A stretch of DNA of 32,000 bases from Vibrio vulnificus CMCP6 (lineage in GTDB: Bacteria > Pseudomonadota > Gammaproteobacteria > Enterobacterales > Vibrionaceae), in contig NC_004460.2 of the NCBI RefSeq assembly GCF_000039765.1, forward strand, positions 780,001-812,000, in the 5' to 3' direction. A program made the position numbers and the translations under genes. The notes under the pieces were generated by a model, which was not told the DNA's origin, ran no database searches, and saw nothing but the letters and a program-made list of their open reading frames with translations. Shown here piece after piece: positions 1-9,406 of the stretch; the stretch's first letter is position 1; every line of letters begins with the position of its first letter.

Positions 1-1
1 T

Positions 2-403
2 ATAGCCGCCCCAAAACGCCAGTTGGCCTTGTTGCCACTCGCAACCACTGGCACCAAGAAGTCCAACAGGAGGAGGGGTTTGTATTGCTTGCCAACACCA
101 TAATTCAGCATTGAAGAAATACCCATCCATCAGTACTTGTGTAGTTACAGTAGCCTCTGGTTGGCCTGCCCCCGAGAAAACGTAAAGACCATCAGCAACG
201 GCAATGCAGACCGCATCGTTTCGCCGGCAACCGGGAAATTCAGGGGCGAGTTGCCACCCCCGCTCTCGCTTTGAATCTTCTAAGTAGAACAACTGCTGAC
301 CAGCACTGCCTAAGCCAATAAAAATACGATCGCCGACTCTTGCCGCAATGCCATTCTTGATGCCAATGGGTAAAGCGGGAAATGTTTCACGAATATTGAG
401 CAT
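2..403 (-). CDS. NanM-like kelch-repeat protein (sialic acid mutarotase family), second tandem copy, runs off the left window edge, no signal peptide
   Basis: Hand translation from ATG at 403(-): MLNIRETFPALPIGIKNGIAARVGDRIFIGLGSAGQQLFYLEDSKRERGWQLAPEFPG...TPPPVGLLGASGCEWQQGQLAFWGGY, with no stop to position 2. It aligns with the neighbouring NanM-like ORF (LPIGVKNGVSAQIGSKVYVGLGSAEKSFYVLD...TPVGLLGASS). AGGAAGG RBS lies just upstream. Not in the ORF track because it is truncated. Confidence 0.85.
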   Translation of the reverse strand, partial: MLNIRETFPALPIGIKNGIAARVGDRIFIGLGSAGQQLFYLEDSKRERGWQLAPEFPGCRRNDAVCIAVADGLYVFSGAGQPEATVTTQVLMDGYFFNAELWCWQAIQTPPPVGLLGASGCEWQQGQLAFWGGY

Positions 404-414
404 AACCCTTCCTG

Positions 415-1569
415 CTAATCGACGATGTCTATTTGGTTATTGTTGAGGCCAACAAGGTACACTTTGGTGCTCGCAGTGCGATCGGCCCGTTCTCCACCCA
501 CCATCAATACACCGCCTTTAACACTGAATGATGCGCCATAAGCCAATCCTTCAGGCAGTTGACCCACTTGTTGCCAAACGCCTTTTTGCTTGGCGTATAT
601 TTCGCTGTTGTAAGCTTTACTCAAACCGTTGTGCGCGAACATCTGGCCCGATTCAAACTGTGCTTTCGCGCCATGAAAATTTGCACCACCCGCGACGAGA
701 AGGGTGTTACTCACCACTCCAGAATATGCTCCTGCAATTCCTTCTTGTTGCGCTTGTCCCTTGGCCGCTGGCAGAGCATAGGTACTTTGCCATGGCTGCA
801 ATTCACCGTAAGTAAAGGTTTTTACTTCCGCGGTTCTCAAACCTGGTTTGATTTCGCCAGAAATGAGCGTGATACTCGGGCCGTCAATGACTGTTGCACT
901 GCCACAATTAGGAAGATAGGGAGAGCGAGTCACAACGTCCCATTTATCGTTAGTAGGATTAAAACTCAGAACATCGCGATTCCATTGATACGCTAACGGC
1001 TCCATCCCCATGTAATCATCGACAATTTTCTGCCATTGTTCAGGCTGAGCTTTCTTATCCGTTCGAGTAATGTCAGCAAGGTACTTATCAAACAACGGTT
1101 TACTGTAACCACCGAAAAACAGCACCTGTTTACCATCAGGCGAATAAGAAGAAGCACCAAGTAGCCCAACAGGTGTTTGAGTTTTCACTTGATGCCAGCG
1201 GTTCGTCTGGGTATCAAAGCGATAAACCGTATCAAAAATAATGGGGGAACTTGCGTCATCAGACGCTTTGCCCGAACCACCAAAAACAAAAATGTTTTCA
1301 CCAACCACAGTTGCAGTCGCGCCGCTGCGTTCCGAACCAATAAACTCAGCAAGCAATGTCCAACCGTTTTGCGGCGCTTGGGTGTCCAGAACATAAAAGG
1401 ATTTTTCTGCCGAACCTAAACCAACATAAACCTTGCTGCCTATTTGGGCGCTAACCCCATTTTTTACCCCTATGGGCAGATCTGGCCAGTGATTGTTCGC
1501 TAACGCCATATGAGAGAGTAAAGAGGAAGAAGCCAGCAGCGGTAACAGTAAGTACTTTGTTTTCATCAT
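415..1569 (-). CDS. nanM: N-acetylneuraminate epimerase/mutarotase (NanM-like), secreted, kelch repeats
   Basis: 384 aa, signal peptide (MMKTKYLLLPLLASSSLLSHMALA), kelch-type repeats (VFGGSGK, LFFGGYS, VAGGANF, MVGGERA), location in nan cluster. Confidence 0.85.
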   Translation of the reverse strand: MMKTKYLLLPLLASSSLLSHMALANNHWPDLPIGVKNGVSAQIGSKVYVGLGSAEKSFYVLDTQAPQNGWTLLAEFIGSERSGATATVVGENIFVFGGSGKASDDASSPIIFDTVYRFDTQTNRWHQVKTQTPVGLLGASSYSPDGKQVLFFGGYSKPLFDKYLADITRTDKKAQPEQWQKIVDDYMGMEPLAYQWNRDVLSFNPTNDKWDVVTRSPYLPNCGSATVIDGPSITLISGEIKPGLRTAEVKTFTYGELQPWQSTYALPAAKGQAQQEGIAGAYSGVVSNTLLVAGGANFHGAKAQFESGQMFAHNGLSKAYNSEIYAKQKGVWQQVGQLPEGLAYGASFSVKGGVLMVGGERADRTASTKVYLVGLNNNQIDIVD

Positions 1570-1706
1570 TGTTTTTATTCCCTTATTGATGTGAATCCAA
1601 TCTTGATTGATTAAGATTTATCCTAATTATCGATTAATGAAAAAATATTTCTTTGATCAAACTTTCAATAAAAATATTTTTTATTAATTAAGTTAAGAAA
1701 AGATTC

Positions 1707-1735
1707 AAAAAAGGCTTACTCATAAGTAAGCCTTT
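1707..1735 (-). terminator. Rho-independent terminator downstream of nanR
   Basis: Inverted repeat AAAGGCTTACT-CATA-AGTAAGCCTTT; on the minus strand it is followed by a T run. Confidence 0.8.
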
Positions 1736-1754
1736 GATAAGGAAATAAAGTTTA

Positions 1755-2591
1755 TTAATTTGCCATTAAAGGAATGACTACTTCTGCTGTTTCTTGCACC
1801 GAGTCTTTGTATTCCGGGTAGCTCTCTAATAAAGAGTTGACCAACACGTCCACTAAGAGCAGCGCGCCGACTTTCGAGGCAAAAGCACCACCTGTTAGTG
1901 GCCCTTCTGGTCTTGCAGCCACCAGCATTTCAGTTGAGAGAGAAGAGAGCGGGCTGTGATTGATGTTTGTCAGAGAAACGACGGGAATATCACGCTTATA
2001 CGCAAGCCCAGCGGCATGAATGACTTCTTTCGTCGAACCTGAACTGGAAACAGCAAACCACAGATCACCTTGACTTGAGCGGCTTGCACTCATTGCGGCT
2101 AAATGGGTATCTTCAAACATGATCGCTTTCTTACCGATACGTATAAGGCGATAGGCGAGGTAACGCCCAACAATGCTCGACGCTCCAACACCAATGCACC
2201 CAATAAACTCGGCTTGATGAACCCGTTCAACAATGCGGGCCAATGATTTACGATCGATAAGTTTTGCTGTGTCTTGCAGGCTGTCTACCGCGCTTTGCGC
2301 AGACACATCGCAAATGTCACCTTCGATATGATTTTGCTGACGACTTTCGGTTTGGCTCAAATCAACGGCAAGCGCCATACGAAAATCGGAATAGCCCTTG
2401 TAGCCCATGTCGCGACATAAGCGTACGACTGTCGCTTCACTGGTTTGTGTGTTGCGAGCAAGATCCGTGATGGTTTGAAACTGCACATCATGCGCATTTT
2501 CCAAAATGTAGTCCGCCACAACACGCAGTTTCTTACTAAATGGTTCCATGTTGGAACGAAGTCGGACTAATAAATTTTTCGGCGAACCCAC
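1755..2591 (-). CDS. nanR: RpiR-family transcriptional regulator with SIS domain, sialic acid regulator NanR-type
   Basis: 278 aa; N-terminal RpiR HTH (RNTQTSEATVVRLCRDMGYKGYSDFRMALA) and SIS sugar-phosphate binding domain (GCIGVGASSIVGRYLAYRLIRIG); located between nanM and nanA. Confidence 0.88.
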   Translation of the reverse strand: MGSPKNLLVRLRSNMEPFSKKLRVVADYILENAHDVQFQTITDLARNTQTSEATVVRLCRDMGYKGYSDFRMALAVDLSQTESRQQNHIEGDICDVSAQSAVDSLQDTAKLIDRKSLARIVERVHQAEFIGCIGVGASSIVGRYLAYRLIRIGKKAIMFEDTHLAAMSASRSSQGDLWFAVSSSGSTKEVIHAAGLAYKRDIPVVSLTNINHSPLSSLSTEMLVAARPEGPLTGGAFASKVGALLLVDVLVNSLLESYPEYKDSVQETAEVVIPLMAN

Positions 2592-2664
2592 ATAAGCCCC
2601 TTTGTATTCGCAAATTTCTGCTTAAAAGTATCAAAAGCCACTGGTTTTTAATACCTTAATCATA

Positions 2665-2691
2665 AAAAAGAGGTGCGAGGCACCTCTTTTT
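2665..2691 (-). terminator. Rho-independent terminator downstream of nanA
   Basis: AAAAAGAGGTGC-GAG-GCACCTCTTTTT, perfect 12-bp stem directly after the nanA stop. Confidence 0.9.
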
Positions 2692-2698
2692 ATGAAAA

Positions 2699-3598
2699 CT
2701 ACAGATTAAGAAAATCCGCATCGCGCATTTTCGCCACGACATCGGCTTTTTGTTGCGCAGTGAGCGCTCGAATTGGCAAACGCGGATCACCAGCATCAAT
2801 GCCGTGTAATTGCATCGCGGCTTTCCCTGCCGCAACGCCACCGTATTCAACCAAGACGCGGATCAATGCGATCACTTTATCCATCAACGCCTGAACTTCA
2901 CTATGTTTCCCTTGGTTGAACGCCTCAATGATCTTCAGATACAGTGGCGCAGCGTAATTGTACGTGCTGCCAACCGCCCCAATAGCCCCTACGGCAAGCC
3001 CTGCAGGCAAAAATTCATCAACGCCGAATGGAATATCAAACTTACCATTGGATACTCTCAGCGCGCGTTGGTACTCATAAAGATCCACGTTATTAAACTT
3101 GGCGCCAGATAAGTTCGGAATGCGCTGCTCTCCTTGGATGAGGAACTGTTCCAGATCGAGATTCACGCCAGACATTCCTGAGTGGTAGTAATAGAAGCCT
3201 TTTGACGGTGCCGCTTCCGCAATCTGCGCGCAGTAATTGACAAGATCAGCCACGCTGCTCGGTTTGAAAAAGCAAGGCCCGATCGCGGAAGTGGCAAGAA
3301 TATCCAGTGTTTCAGCGTGTCGCGTAAGCTCAAGGGTATCAACGATACTCAGAGCCCCCGTATGAAGAATAATGTCTAACTTACCATCTGCGGCTTTCAC
3401 CCAACGCTCGGCAATCGCTTTTCGCTCTTCAACTGAACAATGTATGCCTTCTCCGGTGGTGCCACATACGTAAGCCCCAGTAACACCTTGTTCAATGAGT
3501 AATGCAGCAATTTGATCGATCACCGCATAGTTCACCTGATTATTGTTATCAAACGGTGTATGAGGAGCGGCGATCAGCCCTTTTAATTTGTTCATCAT
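2699..3598 (-). CDS. nanA: N-acetylneuraminate lyase
   Basis: 299 aa, DHDPS/NAL superfamily: GLIAAPHTPFD, GTTGEG, catalytic-region motif YYYHSGMSG, GAKFNNVDLYEY. Confidence 0.93.
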   Translation of the reverse strand: MMNKLKGLIAAPHTPFDNNNQVNYAVIDQIAALLIEQGVTGAYVCGTTGEGIHCSVEERKAIAERWVKAADGKLDIILHTGALSIVDTLELTRHAETLDILATSAIGPCFFKPSSVADLVNYCAQIAEAAPSKGFYYYHSGMSGVNLDLEQFLIQGEQRIPNLSGAKFNNVDLYEYQRALRVSNGKFDIPFGVDEFLPAGLAVGAIGAVGSTYNYAAPLYLKIIEAFNQGKHSEVQALMDKVIALIRVLVEYGGVAAGKAAMQLHGIDAGDPRLPIRALTAQQKADVVAKMRDADFLNL

Positions 3599-3632
3599 CT
3601 TTGTCCTAAAAAATAACCACTATTTTTGTTCG

Positions 3633-4922
3633 TTATTGTCCGTAACCCAAAAGCAGCTCAGGCAATAGCAAGGTGATTTGAGGGAATACCGCCACCAACG
3701 CCAGCACAATAAACAATGGCACCAGAAGAGGAAGTACGCCTCGAGTTAAGGTATGAAATGGAATGTCTCCGACACGTGATACCACATATAAAGCCATGCC
3801 CATTGGTGGCGTGAGAATGCCGATCATCAAGTTCAAAATGGCCATAACACCAAAGTGCACAGGGTCAATCCCGACCGCCGATGCCACTGGGACTAAAAAT
3901 GGAACCAGCAATAGCAATAACGCGAGTGATTCAATGAAGGTTCCCAAAAACAGTAAGAGCAAGTTGATGAGTAGCAGTAGTACCAATGGGTTTTCACTGA
4001 TTGACAAGAAATAATCCGCAAGCATCTGTGGCAATTGCTCACGCGCCACGATCCAGCCAAACACCGTTACCCCCATCACCATCAAGGCAACAACGGCGGT
4101 GGTATTCACGGTTTCGCGAAGAATTTCCACAAACCCCGTCAAGGTCAGCTGTTTGTACACCACGGTACCAAGGAACAGCGCATAAAGAGAGGAAACCACT
4201 GCTGCTTCCGTCGGGGTGAACTTACCCGAAAAGATCCCGCCAATGATGATGACCGGAGTCATTAGAGAAAGAAATGCCTCTTTGAACGATGTGAACTGCT
4301 CTTTTCTCGACGCTTTGGGCAAGGTCATGTAGCCACGTTTCTTACAGATGAAATAGCTCATCACCATCAAAGCCACGCAGCACAAAATGCCTGGTATTGC
4401 ACCGGCTAAAAACAGCGCACCAATCGATGTGTTGGACACTACACCATAAATCACCAATGGCACAGAAGGCGGAACAAGCGGACCAATGATGCACGAGGCC
4501 GCCGTGAGACCACCAGCAAAGTCATCATCGTATTTCGCGTCACGCATCGATTTGATTTCAAGCTGCCCCAAGCCTCCGGCATCGGCAAGCGCAGAGCCAG
4601 ACATACCAGAAAATAGTAAACTCGCCATGATGTTTACATGCCCTAGACTACCTGTGATATGGCCAACCATGGATTTGGCAAAGTTAAAAATTCGCTCAGT
4701 AATACCGGCACTGTTCATCAAATGGCCCGTTAGGACGAAGAATGGTACGGCCAATAACGTAAAATTATCAATGCCGCCCAGCATCTGCTGCGCTGCGAAG
4801 TTAATACCTGTGCTGTTGGTAACAATAAGAAAAACCAACGCCACAAAAATCAGAGAAAAGCCAACTGGCATGCCAGCAAAAAGCAAGCCTAGCCAACCAA
4901 AAATTGAACCAGCCATAACCAC
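3633..4922 (-). CDS. siaM: TRAP transporter large permease subunit (sialic acid; DctM type)
   Basis: 429 aa very hydrophobic; DctM-family features (LTGHLMNSAGITERIF, FSGMSGSALADAGGLG, TPTEAAVVSSLYALFLG), adjacent to siaQ and siaP. Confidence 0.92.
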   Translation of the reverse strand: MVMAGSIFGWLGLLFAGMPVGFSLIFVALVFLIVTNSTGINFAAQQMLGGIDNFTLLAVPFFVLTGHLMNSAGITERIFNFAKSMVGHITGSLGHVNIMASLLFSGMSGSALADAGGLGQLEIKSMRDAKYDDDFAGGLTAASCIIGPLVPPSVPLVIYGVVSNTSIGALFLAGAIPGILCCVALMVMSYFICKKRGYMTLPKASRKEQFTSFKEAFLSLMTPVIIIGGIFSGKFTPTEAAVVSSLYALFLGTVVYKQLTLTGFVEILRETVNTTAVVALMVMGVTVFGWIVAREQLPQMLADYFLSISENPLVLLLLINLLLLFLGTFIESLALLLLLVPFLVPVASAVGIDPVHFGVMAILNLMIGILTPPMGMALYVVSRVGDIPFHTLTRGVLPLLVPLFIVLALVAVFPQITLLLPELLLGYGQ

Positions 4923-4925
4923 TCC

Positions 4926-5444
4926 TTACCTTTGCTCTGCATGATTCGACGCGGTAACGACACCGCACTGCTGACGAAATTCCGTCACAATACCGACCAT
5001 TTTTTGTAATTGACGAATCACCATGAAAAGCCCGCCAAGGGGTAAACTGTAGTTCATCCATTTGCTGGACACACCTAAGGTAATCAATTCAAAAAAGGCG
5101 GTTCTTTCCACGTGTTGATAGCCCAAATAAATGATGGCGAATATCGAAACCAATACCGCAGCTTCCAAGGACAACACCAACAAAAGGCGTATTTTTTCTG
5201 GCAACTTATCTGAGAAAAACGTGATATTGACGTGAGTTCCACGTTTGATAGCGATGGCACAGCCAATGAGCGACATATACATAAACAGCACTCGCGCTAA
5301 CTCTTCACTCCATAGTGAAGGATCGTTAAGTAACCAGCGCGTCGCAATTTGCCATGTCAGCACAACAAGAAGAGCAGCCATAAGTGGCACTGTGATGATC
5401 TCTTCTAAATTATCGAAGATCTTGCGTAACATCTTGGGCTCCAA
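4926..5444 (-). CDS. siaQ: TRAP transporter small permease subunit (DctQ type)
   Basis: 172 aa, 4 predicted TM segments, DctQ-like core (RWLLNDPSLWSEELARVLFMYMSLIGCAIAIKRGTHVNI). Confidence 0.9.
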   Translation of the reverse strand: MEPKMLRKIFDNLEEIITVPLMAALLVVLTWQIATRWLLNDPSLWSEELARVLFMYMSLIGCAIAIKRGTHVNITFFSDKLPEKIRLLLVLSLEAAVLVSIFAIIYLGYQHVERTAFFELITLGVSSKWMNYSLPLGGLFMVIRQLQKMVGIVTEFRQQCGVVTASNHAEQR

Positions 5445-5494
5445 GGCTGGCCGTAGCCAGCCTGTTTAAACATCAAAGATTCAACCAGCGGTGA

Positions 5495-6459
5495 CTACAT
5501 TGCCGCCAACTTAGACACGATCGGCTGACCAATTTTCTTTTCAAACTCTGAGTAAAGCGGCTGCATGGCTTCACGGAACGGGGCAAGTTCTGGGTAGGTG
5601 ACATTCACACCCTGCGCCTCAAAGAAAGAGATCAGCTCCGCTTCTTGCTTTTTCACCGATGCGGTATGCGCTTCCCCTGTTTGTTTCACCGCGTTAGCGA
5701 CAATTTCACGTTCCTGCTCAGAGAGCTTTTGCCACGTGCTTTCTGAAATCAGCACCATCTGGTCGTTCACGATGTGATTGGTGATCGCCAAGTTGCTTTG
5801 CACCTCGTAGAACTTCATTGTCTTAATGGTTGGCAATGGATTCTCTTGCCCGTCAACTGCATTGGTTTGTAGCGCGAGGTAAACTTCAGAAAATGCCATC
5901 GGTGTTGGTGATGCCCCAGACAACTTAGCGTAATTCAGATTTGGTTTCGCATTCGGCACGCGCAATTTCAGACCTTTAAAATCTGAAATTGACTTCAATG
6001 GACGGTTAGAGGTGGTTTCGCGTGTTCCGTTGTACCAAGTATCTAGCGCACGCCAATTAAACTTGGTTAGCATTTCCTGACGAATGCCTTGGCCAAACTC
6101 GGAATCAAACATGCGGCGTAAATGGTCATAATCACGAGCAACGTAAGGTAAGGTCACCGCTTCTGCTCTTGGGATCCAAAGTCCCATACGGCCAAATTCC
6201 GCGTAAGTGATGTCTAAGTCACCCATAGAGAGCTGCTGTAACATGGCACGGTCGTCGCCCAGTTGCGCACTTGGATATAACGCTAGCTTCAACTCACCCT
6301 TACTCATCTCTTCAACTGTGTCGGCAAGCAGCTTGGCAGAGGTGTATTCCACTGAGCCAACCGACGCTTGCATTCCCATTTTTAACGTCGTTGCAGCATT
6401 CGCAGAAAGGCTCAATCCCACAGTCAGCAAGCGAGTGTAATTCGGTTCATGGTTTTCAT
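5495..6459 (-). CDS. siaP: TRAP transporter sialic-acid-binding periplasmic protein, with an apparent 1-nt frameshift in the signal peptide
   Basis: Mature part is clearly SiaP (SAQLGDDRAMLQQLSMGDLDITYAEFGRM...GLKLRVPNAKPNLNYAKLSGASPTPMAFSEVYLALQTNAVDGQENPL). The track starts at a TTG at 6430 with a truncated signal. ATG at 6459 with an AAGGA-type RBS encodes MKTMNRITLA in another frame. The feature span is the reconstructed gene. Confidence 0.9.
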
Positions 6460-6509
6460 CGCGTGTTCCTTTTCCCTTTGTTTCACCATTAAAAAATATT
6501 TTTATTTTG

Positions 6510-6562
6510 TTTGAAAAAAATCTTCGTTATGGATTATTATGGCGATGAAGATTATTTTCAAA
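6510..6562. promoter_or_regulatory. Candidate NanR operator: long interrupted palindrome in the siaP/nanE divergent promoter
   Basis: TTTGAAAAAAATCTTC (6510-6525) and GAAGATTATTTTCAAA (6547-6562) are reverse complements with 15/16 matches, separated by 21 nt. Confidence 0.7.
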
Positions 6563-6575
6563 CCAACTTATTGCA

Positions 6576-6597
6576 AAATGTGATCGCGAACAGAAAT
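6576..6597. promoter_or_regulatory. Candidate CRP-like site
   Basis: AAATGTGATCGCGAACAGAAAT has a perfect TGTGA left half-site and a partial right half (ACAGA vs TCACA). Confidence 0.35.
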
Positions 6598-6694
6598 TCG
6601 TCAAAACTATCAATTAGCACGGGGACTAACGCTATTTGAAAGGGTGCACAAAACGCGATTTTCCATAGCGCAATACGATACTAAGAGGCCCATC

Positions 6695-7411
6695 GTGAGA
6701 GATAAGCAGTTAAATATTAATAAGTTAAGAACTATGCTTTCCGGCCAGACTGTTGTTTCAATTCAGCCTGTTGTCGGTAGCCCTCTTGATAAAACCGAGT
6801 TCATCGTTGCTATGGCAGTTGCTGCAGAACAAGCCGGAGCTAAGGCACTGCGTATTGAAGGCGTTGAAAACGTACGCCATGTTTCTCAAGCGACCAATGT
6901 ACCAATAATTGGAATTGTGAAACGTGATTTACAGGACAGTCCTGTGCGCATCACACCTTTCGTCTGTGACGTGGATGCTCTAGCGACTGCTGGCGCAACC
7001 ATCATCGCCTTTGATGCGACCGATCGTCAGCGACCAGAGAGCCGAGAAACGATAGCCAACGCAATCAAAAACAGTGGTTGTTTCGCGATGGCAGATTGCT
7101 CTTGCTTCGCGGATGGGCAATGGGCGGCGCAAATAGGGGTCGATATTATTGGCTCAACCTTGTCTGGCTACGTGGGCGAAATTGAACCGACTGAACCCGA
7201 TTTGGAACTGGTGAAACAGTTTTCTTCGGCGGGATTTTTTACCATGGCGGAAGGTCGCTACAACACGCCTCAACTCGCCGCCAAAGCGATTGAAAATGGC
7301 GCTGTCGCGGTGACGGTGGGCTCGGCCATCACACGAATGGAAGTGGTTACTCACTGGTTTAATTCTGCAACACAAGCGGTAAGACAGAATAATGAAAGTA
7401 TTAGCTATTGA
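6695..7411 (+). CDS. nanE: N-acetylmannosamine-6-phosphate 2-epimerase
   Basis: NanE-family protein ([51 protein letters not shown]). GTG at 6695 has an AAGAGG RBS; the track start at 6644 is the longest option but less likely. Confidence 0.9.
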
Positions 7412-8273
7412 TATTGGCGGTACAAAAATCGCCTTAGGCAACGTGGTCGAAGGGCATTTGCAGCATCGCAAACAGTTTCCGACCCCTGTTGTCAACGATG
7501 CAACAACCTTAGCGAAAGAGATTCTTGCCCACTGCCAAGCATGGCTAAGCGACGTTGATGCCATCGGTATTTCGACTACCGGGCTTGTCAGCGAACAAGG
7601 GATAAGTGCCATTAATCCAGGCACATTGAGCTTCCCTACGCCTTTTCCTCTGCATAGCGAACTACACAGATTAAGTGGCAAGCCAGTTAAAATGCTCAAT
7701 GATGCTCAAGCGGCTGCCTGGTATGAGTTTTTGCAACTTTCACCTGAACTGGATGTTCGCAATATGGCCTATATCACTGTCTCGACAGGTGTGGGAGGCG
7801 GTTTGGTGATTAACCAACAACTGCATAAGGGTAAGTCAAATTTTGCCGGACATATTGGCCATACGGTGCTTGATCCAAATGGCCCACTTTGTGGCTGCCA
7901 ACAGCGAGGTTGTGTTGAGGCCATCGCCTCTGGAAATGCAATTAACGCAGGCGCTCAAGCCCTTTTTGGCCAAGCGATTTCTAATATCGAACTGTTTCAG
8001 CTTGCTCAACACAATGAACAAGCCTCCACACTCATTCAACAAAGCGCCGAAGCCATCGCCCAGCTCTGCCTAAATTTAAAAGCCACACTGGATCTCGATT
8101 TGGTGGTCATCGGCGGCGGTGTGGGCCTTGCTCGCGGCTACCTCGCTCGTGTACAAGCGTTTATCGACAAACAGCCTCTCGTGTTTCAGGTTAAGGTGAG
8201 AGCGGCAGTTGGCGATTACGACGCATGCTTACTTGGCGCTGCCTTTCAATTTGAGGAGAGTAATCTTTCATGA
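7392..8273 (+). CDS. nanK: N-acetylmannosamine kinase (ROK family)
   Basis: 293 aa; [13 protein letters not shown] nucleotide-binding motif, [26 protein letters not shown] zinc/ROK signature; start overlaps nanE end. Confidence 0.93.
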
Positions 8274-9406
8274 CCATACATGCTATTGCAGCCAAACGAA
8301 TATTTGATGGCGTCCGTTTTCATCACGACGCCGCTCTGGTTTGGCAGGGACAACATATTATGGGTTTGGTGCCTCGCCATCAATTGAGCCTAGACGTCAT
8401 CACTTACGATTACCCTGATGCCACTCTCACACCAGGTTTTATTGATCTTCAAGTCAACGGCGGTGGCGGCGTGATGTTTAATACCCAAACGGACATCGTT
8501 GCCATGGAACAAATTTGTCATGGTCACCGAAAGCATGGCACTGCACATTTACTGCCGACGTTAATCAGCGACACGCCCGCACAACTCAAACGTGCACTAA
8601 AAGCGGCGGAGGCGGCGCTCAACGACAAGATACCAGGCGTGCTTGGCGTTCATCTTGAGGGGCCATGGCTAAACTCCGAGAAAAAAGGGGCTCACAATAA
8701 CGAGCTCTTTTACGCCCCCACAATTGCTGAGCTTGAAACCTTTCCTTGGCCAGAGAAAGCGAAAGTGCTCATCACATTGGCACCAGAACAAATTGAAGCG
8801 GGGGTCCTTCAGTGGCTCCATCAACAAGATATTGCTCTCTTCTGTGGCCATAGTAACGCCCGGTATGAGCAATTAACCTCAAAACTGCGGTACCTTCACG
8901 GCTTTACTCACCTTTACAACGCGATGTCCCCTTTTGAAGGTCGTGAACCGGGTGTCGTTGGTACGGCACTCATGGCCGATAATCAATGGTGCTCTATTAT
9001 TGCCGATGGCATACATGTTCATCCACAAAGTGTGTTGCTTGCTCAACGCATTAAACCGCATGGAAAATTGCTGCTTGTTACCGATGCCATGGCGACCGTG
9101 GGCAGTGAGAAGAACTTCTTCGAACTGAATGGCGAAACCATTCAAGTGGTAGATAATGCACTCGTCAACGGCAATGGTAATTTGGCTGGTGCTCACATCG
9201 GCATGGATCAGTCGGTCATCAATCTGATTGAGTGGGGTGTCGCTGAGGAAGAGGCGCTGCGCATGGCATCAACCTATCCCGCAGAGGCCATCGGCTTAAC
9301 CGACTTGGGGTATCTTCGTCCAGATTACCGTGCCAGCGTCACGATTTTACGTGATGACTACAGCACGCAAGCCGTATTGGTTGATGGCACGCTCTTTGAG
9401 CAATAA
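8270..9406 (+). CDS. nagA: N-acetylglucosamine-6-phosphate deacetylase
   Basis: 378 aa; TPGFIDLQVNGGGG, GVHLEGPWLN, HLYNAMSPFEGREPG, LVTDAMA; ATGA overlap with nanK stop. Confidence 0.93.
   Translation: MTIHAIAAKRIFDGVRFHHDAALVWQGQHIMGLVPRHQLSLDVITYDYPDATLTPGFIDLQVNGGGGVMFNTQTDIVAMEQICHGHRKHGTAHLLPTLISDTPAQLKRALKAAEAALNDKIPGVLGVHLEGPWLNSEKKGAHNNELFYAPTIAELETFPWPEKAKVLITLAPEQIEAGVLQWLHQQDIALFCGHSNARYEQLTSKLRYLHGFTHLYNAMSPFEGREPGVVGTALMADNQWCSIIADGIHVHPQSVLLAQRIKPHGKLLLVTDAMATVGSEKNFFELNGETIQVVDNALVNGNGNLAGAHIGMDQSVINLIEWGVAEEEALRMASTYPAEAIGLTDLGYLRPDYRASVTILRDDYSTQAVLVDGTLFEQ

Noticed and set aside
559-996. Plus-strand ORF of 145 aa antisense to nanM
   Set aside because: Fully inside a well-supported gene on the other strand with no independent evidence.
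4486-4944. Plus-strand ORF of 152 aa antisense to siaM/siaQ
   Set aside because: Mirror of a strong TRAP permease ORF; composition is typical of an antisense frame and no RBS or family is recognisable.
6415-6459. Programmed ribosomal frameshift in siaP (TGA C stop context)
   Set aside because: The required shift is -1, there is no classical slippery heptamer or stimulatory structure, and three other genes show similar homopolymer indels.
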